NCBI GenBank assembly: GCA_048939015.1
Contig: JBHLPW010000002.1
Span: 88,743 to 152,742, forward strand
Direction: 5' to 3'
DNA from: Promethearchaeota archaeon
Lineage (GTDB): Archaea > Asgardarchaeota > Lokiarchaeia > Sigyniarchaeales > SOKP01
DNA: 64,000 nt
Positions 1 to 8,249 of the stretch are shown here, piece after piece. Numbering within the stretch: the stretch's first letter is position 1; the number at the start of each line of letters is the position of its first letter. Position numbers and translations under genes: made by a program. The notes beneath the pieces were generated by a model. That model searched no databases. It was not told where the DNA came from and saw only the letters and a list, made by a program, of their open reading frames with translations.

Positions 1-249
1 TCCCCAAAAAATACAAAAACCTTGACCACTAATCCAATATCCTACATCCCCGATATCACATTCCGTTTGTGAATTCTCTGTAGGAATTTTAACAGGACAA
101 TCTCCATAAAGCTCCTCTCCCCATCTTGATAATTCAACTTCAAATGGAAGAGCATCCCAAATTGCTTGACATGTTTTTGGGTTTTTTTCAGGTAATAACT
201 TTGCTTTTACTTCTCCGATTTTTTCATTTTCGATTATAATATAATTCAT
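1..249 (-). CDS. Cyclophilin-like fold protein (TM1367/AF2241-like), partial; runs off the window start
   Basis: Not in the ORF track. Manual translation from ATG at 249: MNYIIIENEKIGEVKAKLLPEKNPKTCQAIWDALPFEVELSRWGEELYGDCPVKIPTENSQTECDIGDVGYWISGQGFCIFWG. The 'P.T..AIWDALP...WGEELY' and 'GDVGYW...FCIF.G' motifs fit this family. Confidence 0.85.
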   Translation of the reverse strand, partial: MNYIIIENEKIGEVKAKLLPEKNPKTCQAIWDALPFEVELSRWGEELYGDCPVKIPTENSQTECDIGDVGYWISGQGFCIFWG

Positions 250-348
250 TGTATACCCTCAAAATTATAATTTTAACAATATATAAGAATCACTAGTATT
301 TAAACAAAATAAATATAATTTACAAATAAAGCATTAGAGTTTTATAAA

Positions 349-792
349 ATGATAAAAACTAATAGGGATGACCTACCTGCAAATCCCATAGAAGCTCAAG
401 GATTGTTATTAAAAGCTGTTTACAAAAAGTTTGGTAAAGAAGTTTTACCTATAATAAGAACTGTTTGCCAAAAACAAGGAAAAGCATTAGGGCTAAAAAT
501 TAAAAACAAACTTACAAAGAACAATTTAATTACTGTTGCTAATGCATTTTCAAAAAGTTTTGACCAAAAATATATTGAAATAATCTCTATATCAGATGAA
601 AAGTTTCATATTCGTGGTACTAAGTGCCCATTTGGTCTTGAGAATACCTCTAGAGAATTATGTGAAGCAGTTATGACAATTGATCATGAATATTTTCGTG
701 AAGCAGTTAATGATAAGATTGAACTCAAGATTCTTAAAACTGTAGCTACTGGAGACCCTTATTGTGATACAATTTATGAGATAAAAGATTAA
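349..792 (+). CDS. ATC-hydrolase/V4R-like small ligand-binding protein
   Basis: 147 aa; 'TKCPFG', 'LCEAVMTID' and 'KTVATGDPYC' Cys pattern typical of the V4R/L-2-amino-thiazoline-4-carboxylate hydrolase-like family. Confidence 0.65.
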   Translation: MIKTNRDDLPANPIEAQGLLLKAVYKKFGKEVLPIIRTVCQKQGKALGLKIKNKLTKNNLITVANAFSKSFDQKYIEIISISDEKFHIRGTKCPFGLENTSRELCEAVMTIDHEYFREAVNDKIELKILKTVATGDPYCDTIYEIKD

Positions 793-818
793 TTTTTATT
801 TTAAGAATGTTTTAAACC

Positions 819-1634
819 ATGATTTTAGAAAAAACTGTTGATTTAATTAAACAGATTTATAAAATTCACAAGATTGTACCTCCCAAAATAACAAAGGTTG
901 TAATTGGATTAGGATATACTGGGGTAGAGGTTACTGCTTATGCTTATGAACCTTTTTTAGGTTTAGCATCAACCCTACAAAGCGTATTAAAGAAAACTAA
1001 TTGTAGTAAAATTAATTTTGCTGGAGAGCTGACAAGGTATCCTATTACAGAACTTTTAAATTGGTCATTCAAATCTCCTAGCCTTGAAAAAATCATCGGT
1101 ATCGCTACTCTAAATGGAGTATCTCAACATATTTTAAAAATTATAAAACCTTATAGGAAAGTTAAAGAAGAAAGTTTGACAAATATTATAGAAATTAATT
1201 CAGATACTAGAGTTACTTTTATAGGATTAATTAAACCATTGATAAAAGAGATTCATAAAATTACTTCCTCAGTCATAGTTATAGAGGATTCACTTTTAAT
1301 CTCCTCTGAATTCAAGAATATTATTTTCAGACATAATATCGAAGAACTAAAAGATGATGAACTTTATACTGATGTATTAGTTTGCACTGGAACAGCTTTA
1401 ATTAATAACACTATTGAGTCAATATTAGAAAAATTCAAAAATAAGGCTCGAAAAATTATCTTAATTGGTCCTACTGCAAGTATGATACCTGATATTTTGT
1501 TTGATTATGGAGTAGATATAGTTGGTGGAATGAAAATCTTGAATTCAGATGCTACAATAAGAGTTTTACAGGAAGGAGGGGGTACTAGATTATTTAGTAT
1601 GTATGGAAAAAAATATAACTTAATTAAGGAGTAA
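819..1634 (+). CDS. DUF364/DUF4213 family Rossmann-like protein (putative metal-binding)
   Basis: 271 aa; 'IGLGYTGV', 'IGIATLN', 'TGTALINNTIE', 'IGPTASMIP..LF'. Confidence 0.8.
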   Translation: MILEKTVDLIKQIYKIHKIVPPKITKVVIGLGYTGVEVTAYAYEPFLGLASTLQSVLKKTNCSKINFAGELTRYPITELLNWSFKSPSLEKIIGIATLNGVSQHILKIIKPYRKVKEESLTNIIEINSDTRVTFIGLIKPLIKEIHKITSSVIVIEDSLLISSEFKNIIFRHNIEELKDDELYTDVLVCTGTALINNTIESILEKFKNKARKIILIGPTASMIPDILFDYGVDIVGGMKILNSDATIRVLQEGGGTRLFSMYGKKYNLIKE

Positions 1635-1743
1635 GTTGTTTTAATACTAGAACCTTAGTAATCATCTGTATTTTTGTTATCTGGATATTCAAAAAGTTTA
1701 TAATTTTGTAGAAACCAATAATATAATAGGAAGTGTATTAAAA

Positions 1744-2274
1744 ATGTCTGAACAGGTATTTTCTTTCAAGCTAATTGTAATCGGTCCTGCTGCTGTAGGC
1801 AAATCCAGCCTCATCCGAAGATTTGTCGAAAATAAATTCACTCTTCATTATAAATTTACGATTGGAGTAGATTTTATGACTAAAACTGTAGATTACGAAA
1901 CAGGTAAATCTGCTAAACTAACATTATGGGATATTGGAGGTCAGGAACGGTTTAAAGTATTACGTAGAAGTTTTTATGAAGGAACCAATGGTGCATTAGT
2001 TGTTTTTGATCTTTCAAGAGCAAATACATTTACTAAAATGAAAGAGTGGCTTTCAGATGCACGACAATCTATTTCAAATGCATTTCCAGCAATAATTATT
2101 GGAAATAAATCTGATTTAATTCCAGAAATTGGAGAAATAATCGATCGAAATGAGCCTCTTCAATATGCAAAATCTGAAAATAGCATTTATATTGAAACTT
2201 CTGCTAAAACGGGAGAGAATGTTGATAAAGCATTTCTGGATCTTACTCGACAGATGGTACAAAAATTCTCGTAA
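1744..2274 (+). CDS. Rab-like small GTPase (tandem copy 1)
   Basis: G1 GPAAVGKS, G2 TIGVDF, G3 WDIGGQERF, G4 GNKSD, G5 ETSAK; no C-terminal Cys prenylation motif. Confidence 0.95.
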   Translation: MSEQVFSFKLIVIGPAAVGKSSLIRRFVENKFTLHYKFTIGVDFMTKTVDYETGKSAKLTLWDIGGQERFKVLRRSFYEGTNGALVVFDLSRANTFTKMKEWLSDARQSISNAFPAIIIGNKSDLIPEIGEIIDRNEPLQYAKSENSIYIETSAKTGENVDKAFLDLTRQMVQKFS

Positions 2275-2427
2275 TTTAAATCTTTAGAAAACTATTCCTT
2301 CTGTTATTAATTATTAAAATTTTTTTTTGAATAATTCAACTTTTTAAAATTTTCGAAAAGTGTACTATATAAATTATAAATCTTTTATAGAGAAGATATA
2401 AAAGCATATTTTTTAGATCTCATCAAA

Positions 2428-2958
2428 ATGCAAGATTATTCATTCAAGGTTATTGTTATTGGGCCCGCAGCAGTAGGAAAGTCATCTCTAATACGTCGAT
2501 TTGTTGATGATAAGTTTTCACTCCAATATAAATTCACTATTGGAGTAGATTTTTTAAGTAAAAATATTGAATATAAGCAAGATAAAAAAGCTAGATTACT
2601 TATATGGGATATTGGAGGTCAAGAACGTTTTAAATCATTACGAAGAAATTTTTATGATGGAACTAATGGTGCTTTAGTGGTTTTTGATCTTTCAAGAGCT
2701 GAAACTTTCCCAAAAATGAAAGAATGGCTCTCCGATTTGAAACAGTTCATTGGAGAAAGCATTCCGGTTGTAATAATAGGAAATAAAGCTGATTTAATTT
2801 CTGAGATAGGTGAAGTGGTTGATCGAAATGAATTAGATCAATATAATAATTGTAAAAACTGTGAATATATTGAAACTTCAGCTAAAACTGGTGAAAATAT
2901 AGAGGATGCATTCGTCCATCTTACTCAGAACATTATAGAATCACTTCATTCTACCTAA
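2428..2958 (+). CDS. Rab-like small GTPase (tandem copy 2)
   Basis: GPAAVGKS, TIGVDF, WDIGGQERF, GNKAD, ETSAK; close paralog of copy 1. Confidence 0.95.
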   Translation: MQDYSFKVIVIGPAAVGKSSLIRRFVDDKFSLQYKFTIGVDFLSKNIEYKQDKKARLLIWDIGGQERFKSLRRNFYDGTNGALVVFDLSRAETFPKMKEWLSDLKQFIGESIPVVIIGNKADLISEIGEVVDRNELDQYNNCKNCEYIETSAKTGENIEDAFVHLTQNIIESLHST

Positions 2959-3072
2959 ATTTTGATTAATTTACTCAAAAAAAATTATTATTTAAACTCG
3001 ATCGTTTCGAAAATGTTTAAATATCTAATAGAGATTATTTATTAGAACTGCATTATTAATTGGTAATCTCCT

Positions 3073-3609
3073 ATGCCACTCTATGTATTTAAGGTCATAA
3101 TAATAGGACCTGGAGCTGTCGGTAAGACTTCACTTTTACACCGATTCGTTGAAAATAAATTCTCATTTAGATATAAACTTACAATTGGAGCAGATTTTCT
3201 TTCAAAGATCATCACACATCCAAAAGATTCAAAGTCAACAGTAAAGTTGCAGATCTGGGACATTGGAGGCCAAGATAGATATAAATTTTTAAGATCAAGC
3301 TTTTTTGATGGTGCAAATGGTGCTTTAATTGTTTTCGATCTATCAAGATGGCATACATTTGAAGAACTTGAAGAATGGTTAAAGGATTTGCGTGAATATG
3401 CTGGTGAACATGTACCTTTTATATTAATTGGTAATAAATTTGACTTGGTTGAAAAAAGTGATGAACTTTATGAAAGAGAGAATGCTCAGGTGTTTGCCAA
3501 AAAGGAAAAAACATATTATGTTGAAACTTCTGCTAAAACTGGTGAAAATGTAGAAGAAGCTTTTCTAAATTTAACAAAGAGCATGTTGAAAAATATAAAT
3601 AATAAATAG
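3073..3609 (+). CDS. Rab-like small GTPase (tandem copy 3)
   Basis: GPGAVGKT, TIGADF, WDIGGQDRY, GNKFD, ETSAK. Confidence 0.95.
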   Translation: MPLYVFKVIIIGPGAVGKTSLLHRFVENKFSFRYKLTIGADFLSKIITHPKDSKSTVKLQIWDIGGQDRYKFLRSSFFDGANGALIVFDLSRWHTFEELEEWLKDLREYAGEHVPFILIGNKFDLVEKSDELYERENAQVFAKKEKTYYVETSAKTGENVEEAFLNLTKSMLKNINNK

Positions 3610-3618
3610 GTTTCGCTC

Positions 3619-6600
3619 TTATATCCGTATTATAGCAAAAGATAATAAATTCGTGTAAAATTTAGCTAAATTCCTTCTTTTCATCTCATTTCTTAAATCT
3701 TCATACTCAAAAGCTAAATCATCCAATTTTTTTTCGATTAATTGAATGTCTCTTAGATTGAATTTAATTTCTTCTTCCAATTTTATAATATTTTCTAATT
3801 TTTCTTGCTTTTTTGCTGAATCTGTAATTCTTTCGATATTTTGACGCTGTCGTGGACTCGGAAGTCTGTTTTTATTTCTCTCTAAAGTTCCATTTAATGA
3901 TTCGCGTTTAAGATTTAATATTCTTTTTTTATGTGAGAATATTTTGTCTTTTTTCTTTTTTTCTTGATTGAATATCTTTTCATTTAGGATACTAATCTCC
4001 TTTTTCCAAGTTGAAGTTTTTGATTTAATTATGGTTTTAGCACTCTGCTGAATATTTAAAACCAAATTATAATCTAGATTGATTATATTATCATCCTTAT
4101 GAAACAAAAACATTTCATTGAAACCATTAATATCCAATACAATTTCTGCTAAATTATTAATTTCATTTCCTTTCATATCCACAATTGTAGAAAGAATTTG
4201 GTTTTCAATAATATATCCTTGAAATTTAATAGAGAAAATGAACAGATATAATTGATCGTCTCTAATTAATCCCATATCAAATTTCTTTTGTAATTCCCTC
4301 TTATTTAGATGTAGAATGCTAAAATTTCCTTTAAATTCATCAACTATAATAAAATCTAAAACGTTGTTAATTAAGGGATGTCCTAAGGCAAAAAAATCTA
4401 TTTCTTCTCTTTTTCTAGCCAATTCTAAGTTAAAAGTTCCCATATATTCATTTTTAAATTTATATTTAGTATTGCTTAATAGATTATCATTCAATTTAAT
4501 TTTTGATTGAAAGCCAATATCCTGTGAAAATTCTTCTTTCGAATCTCGAATATCTTCAAGAAGTCCAAATTTTTTATTATTAAGATTGAAAAAGGATTTT
4601 ATTAAAAGATACAATTCATTATGTGTAAGTTTTACTTCCACACATGATGCTAATGAACTAATAAGCCCCTCCATTTGAAATGATCTTTTATCGATCATTA
4701 AATCATCCAATTGCATTTCGATTTCTCTTGCCTTTCTTATTTCATCATCAAGAGTTCGATAAAACTCATTTAATCTTTTACGCTTTTTCCCATCTTCTTC
4801 AGCAAAAATTACACTTTTAAAGTCATTTTCAATTCTACCGATGATTGGTTCCAAGATCCCTATAGATTCCTCAAAAAGATTTATCCTTTTAATTAAAGCA
4901 TGAATCACATCGGTTTCTACAGTCCCTTCCAAAAAGATATTATAGATATATATTTCTTGAGATTCTTGTCCAATTCTATCTAATCTTCCAATTCGTTGTT
5001 CAAGCTTCATAGGATTCCATGGAAGGTCATAATTAATAAGAATGCGGCAAAATTGGAAATTCCGACCTTCACCACCTATTTCTGTAGAAATTAAAATAGA
5101 GGACTTCTTACTACTCCTAAATTTCTCAACAGCCTCATCTTTTTGTATACTATCCAATCCACCATAAAACAAATTTACGCTATTTTGTGGGTTATTATTC
5201 TCGATTAGGGATTTTAAATGATTTAATGTATCAACAAATTGAGTAAAAATAATAATTTTTTCATTTGGATTCTGAGAGTAAATATTATTTAATATTTCCA
5301 ATAGTTTATCTGATTTTGAATCATAAGGTAGCGCTTTTAATTTATTATAAAATTCTTTCAATATTTTTTCCTGATTGAGAAGGTCAATTTCTTCATCTTT
5401 TTTTTCCTTCTGTGCCTTGTTGTTAAAAATCTCATCGACATCTAGAAATTGTTCTTCTAATTCTGATTCATAATATTCTGGATTTTCTTCTCTTATGATG
5501 TTAGTATCAAGAAATATATTTTTGTATCTATCAATCTGGTCAAGTCTCCGTTCAAGACTCCTCAGAAATGCATATTTTGAGCTAGTTAATAGTTTTTGGA
5601 GAGTTGTTATTACAAAACCAATCCCTACATTTTCTTTACTTATTGAAGAATTATATATTTTCGCTAAATAAAGCCGAATTTCATTATACACTTCCAATTC
5701 TTCCCTAGTAGGATTTACCATAATTGTATTTACAATTCTTTTATTCAGTGCGTCATCAGTAAACACATTTTTCTTGCGGTTTCTAATTAGAAATTTCGAT
5801 AAAGTATGGTCTTCTGCAATTTTACTCAATAAGTTCAATTTAAAGGAGTCACTTTGAAGTTTTGAAAGAAACTCATTAATATTTCTATTTTTATCTATAT
5901 ATCTAAGATCTTTCAGAAGTTTTATTGTGTTTTTTACTTCAAAATTGTTTAATTTCTCAATATTATTCAAGTTGGTAGTTAATAAATTAATAAACGGCAT
6001 ATTTTTTCTAAAATGCTCAAAATCACTAAAGTTTTGAAATATTTCAGGATGAATAAGCTCAATTAGAGAAAATAATTCAAAAGAATGAAGTTGTAGAGGA
6101 GTGGCTGTCAATAGTAGCATACTTTCTGATTTTAAACTTAAATTTCTCGCTAATTCATAATTAAGAGTTTCTCTATAATTTCCTGTTGTTGCATTAATAA
6201 GATATCTTCTTAAATGGTGTGCTTCATCAAAAATAACTATATCCCAAGATATACTTGATAGTAATTCGATATATTTTCTATTTCTCGCAAATTGAAGTGA
6301 GCAAATAATTAGATTATCATAATAGAAAGGGTTTTGAAGAATTTCTGGGTGTTTATAGCTCCCTTTTCCTTTTAATTCTTTAATTTTTTTTCCGTCATAA
6401 ATTGTAAATTTTAAATTAAACTTATTTTGCATTTCAAATTGCCATTGCTTCACTAATGAGGCAGGGACAATGATTAAAATACGTTCTGCTAAATCCCTTG
6501 CCATCATTTCCTTTATATAAATACCTGCTTCAATAGTTTTTCCAAGGCCAACCTCATCAGCCAAAATTATTCTTGGAAAGTGTTCTTCAGATAATCTATG

Positions 6601-7215
6601 AGTGACATTTATCTGATGGGGCATTAATGACAAGCGCGAATTTGTAATGCATTTAATTTGATACGATTTGTAATAAGAGTAAAATAAATTTGCCCAATAT
6701 TTAATTAAAAAGTTCTTAGGAGGATCAATTAATTGTTTTGAAATCAGATTTTCTAAAGGCGTTTTGTATTTAGAATAAATTTCATGCTCAAAAATCTGAG
6801 ATACTTTACCATTTTCCATTAGAAATTCATAGGAAATTACTCCATCTTTAACAAGAAAGTCCTTAATATTGATGTACCCTATTCCTTGTTTAGTAACGAC
6901 CTTATCATTAAATTCATAGACATAGTGAATAAGATCAATGGGATGGATAATTTTAACTACATTATTTTTAAAAGACACCTTGAATTTAGTTATGAAGAAG
7001 GTATCATCCTCGTCTAAAGATTTTGAAGCTGGTATTTCTACCCTCTTTATTACACGCCCTATTCCTAAATCAGTATTTAACCTATATATGACTTGATTAC
7101 CTACATTAAACTTTTGACCTTGACAGTAGATATTAAAACATTTAGAGTATTTCGTTTCTATTTCCTTTCCACAAAAGGGGCAGTTAAAATTCAGAGGATT
7201 TATCTTTGAAACCAT
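3619..7215 (-). CDS. SNF2-family helicase/ATPase (RapA/HepA-like) with N-terminal Zn ribbon and C-terminal coiled coil
   Basis: 1198 aa; LMPHQ, ILADEVGLGKT, DEAHH, LLLTATP, STEIGGEGRNFQ, NYDLPWNPMKLEQRIGRLDRIGQ; N-terminal CPFC...CFNIYC. Confidence 0.9.
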   Translation of the reverse strand: MVSKINPLNFNCPFCGKEIETKYSKCFNIYCQGQKFNVGNQVIYRLNTDLGIGRVIKRVEIPASKSLDEDDTFFITKFKVSFKNNVVKIIHPIDLIHYVYEFNDKVVTKQGIGYINIKDFLVKDGVISYEFLMENGKVSQIFEHEIYSKYKTPLENLISKQLIDPPKNFLIKYWANLFYSYYKSYQIKCITNSRLSLMPHQINVTHRLSEEHFPRIILADEVGLGKTIEAGIYIKEMMARDLAERILIIVPASLVKQWQFEMQNKFNLKFTIYDGKKIKELKGKGSYKHPEILQNPFYYDNLIICSLQFARNRKYIELLSSISWDIVIFDEAHHLRRYLINATTGNYRETLNYELARNLSLKSESMLLLTATPLQLHSFELFSLIELIHPEIFQNFSDFEHFRKNMPFINLLTTNLNNIEKLNNFEVKNTIKLLKDLRYIDKNRNINEFLSKLQSDSFKLNLLSKIAEDHTLSKFLIRNRKKNVFTDDALNKRIVNTIMVNPTREELEVYNEIRLYLAKIYNSSISKENVGIGFVITTLQKLLTSSKYAFLRSLERRLDQIDRYKNIFLDTNIIREENPEYYESELEEQFLDVDEIFNNKAQKEKKDEEIDLLNQEKILKEFYNKLKALPYDSKSDKLLEILNNIYSQNPNEKIIIFTQFVDTLNHLKSLIENNNPQNSVNLFYGGLDSIQKDEAVEKFRSSKKSSILISTEIGGEGRNFQFCRILINYDLPWNPMKLEQRIGRLDRIGQESQEIYIYNIFLEGTVETDVIHALIKRINLFEESIGILEPIIGRIENDFKSVIFAEEDGKKRKRLNEFYRTLDDEIRKAREIEMQLDDLMIDKRSFQMEGLISSLASCVEVKLTHNELYLLIKSFFNLNNKKFGLLEDIRDSKEEFSQDIGFQSKIKLNDNLLSNTKYKFKNEYMGTFNLELARKREEIDFFALGHPLINNVLDFIIVDEFKGNFSILHLNKRELQKKFDMGLIRDDQLYLFIFSIKFQGYIIENQILSTIVDMKGNEINNLAEIVLDINGFNEMFLFHKDDNIINLDYNLVLNIQQSAKTIIKSKTSTWKKEISILNEKIFNQEKKKKDKIFSHKKRILNLKRESLNGTLERNKNRLPSPRQRQNIERITDSAKKQEKLENIIKLEEEIKFNLRDIQLIEKKLDDLAFEYEDLRNEMKRRNLAKFYTNLLSFAIIRI

Positions 7216-7284
7216 TATCTTTATATTGTATTTAATATGAAGAAAAGTAAAAATTTTAGCATTTTGAACTAAAAGTGATAATAA

Positions 7285-8145
7285 ATGTCAGATGCAGGAA
7301 TTGAACCGACATATATTGGTAAAAATGAAAATCTTATCTTTATTGTTCCTAAAGAACTCTTCAATATGAGTTTAGGACCAGCAGAAGTTTTAGATCGAGA
7401 AACTGCGAAATTATTCAGTAAGTATCTTAGAGGAACATTTAAAGGTTTCAACGAAGCTAGGAAGACTAAATATGGAAATGAGAATAATAAAAGAACCGAG
7501 ACAATACCAGAGTTTTGGGAGGAATTTGAAAAAAAAGCTAAAGAACTTAACGTGGATCTCATAGGATACACACCTGTAAATGAAAATTACATTTTTAAAG
7601 GATTAAAAGTATATGGTAAAAATGCTATTATCCTCGGAATGGAAATGAAATGGGATAAAATCAAAAAAGCTCCAGGAGCTATCTGCGAAATAGAGGTTTT
7701 TCGAGTTTATAAAGTATTAGGAGATGTTACAATTGAATTAGCAGAATACATGAAAGAGCAAGGTTATAAAAGCGAAGCACACCATCCATTTGGAGGGAAA
7801 TTGCTATATGGTCCTCATGCGACGGCAGCAAATTTGGGAATTATGGGTAGAAATGGATTAATTCTTACACCTGAGTTTGGTCCTCGACAGAGATGGGGCA
7901 TAATTACTACCGATGCTGAAATCCCTGAAACTAAAGAGAGAGATTTTAATGAATTAAAAGAGTTCTGTGAAAAATGTGGTGCTTGTGTGAGAGAATGTAA
8001 AGGTGGTTCTGTTCTAGAAACTCCAATTAAAAAAGAAAATGGTGTTATCACCCATATAGACCGCTCTAAATGCATTCAAAGCATCTTGGATAATAATTAT
8101 TGTAGTTATTGCCTAAAGATATGCATGCCCTCAAGGCATGACTAA
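7285..8145 (+). CDS. Reductive dehalogenase/epoxyqueuosine reductase-like cobalamin Fe-S protein
   Basis: 286 aa; 'A.AANLG.MGRNGLILTPEFGPRQR...ITTDA', then CxxCxxCxxxC and C...CxxCxxxC ferredoxin motifs. Confidence 0.8.
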   Translation: MSDAGIEPTYIGKNENLIFIVPKELFNMSLGPAEVLDRETAKLFSKYLRGTFKGFNEARKTKYGNENNKRTETIPEFWEEFEKKAKELNVDLIGYTPVNENYIFKGLKVYGKNAIILGMEMKWDKIKKAPGAICEIEVFRVYKVLGDVTIELAEYMKEQGYKSEAHHPFGGKLLYGPHATAANLGIMGRNGLILTPEFGPRQRWGIITTDAEIPETKERDFNELKEFCEKCGACVRECKGGSVLETPIKKENGVITHIDRSKCIQSILDNNYCSYCLKICMPSRHD

Positions 8146-8249
8146 AAACTATTTTATATAAATTTTTTATAATGAAAATATAATAGTTATATTCATATTA
8201 TAACAAGCTTTTTAATCAATTATAAGAAACTGAATTTTCTTGACTTAAA

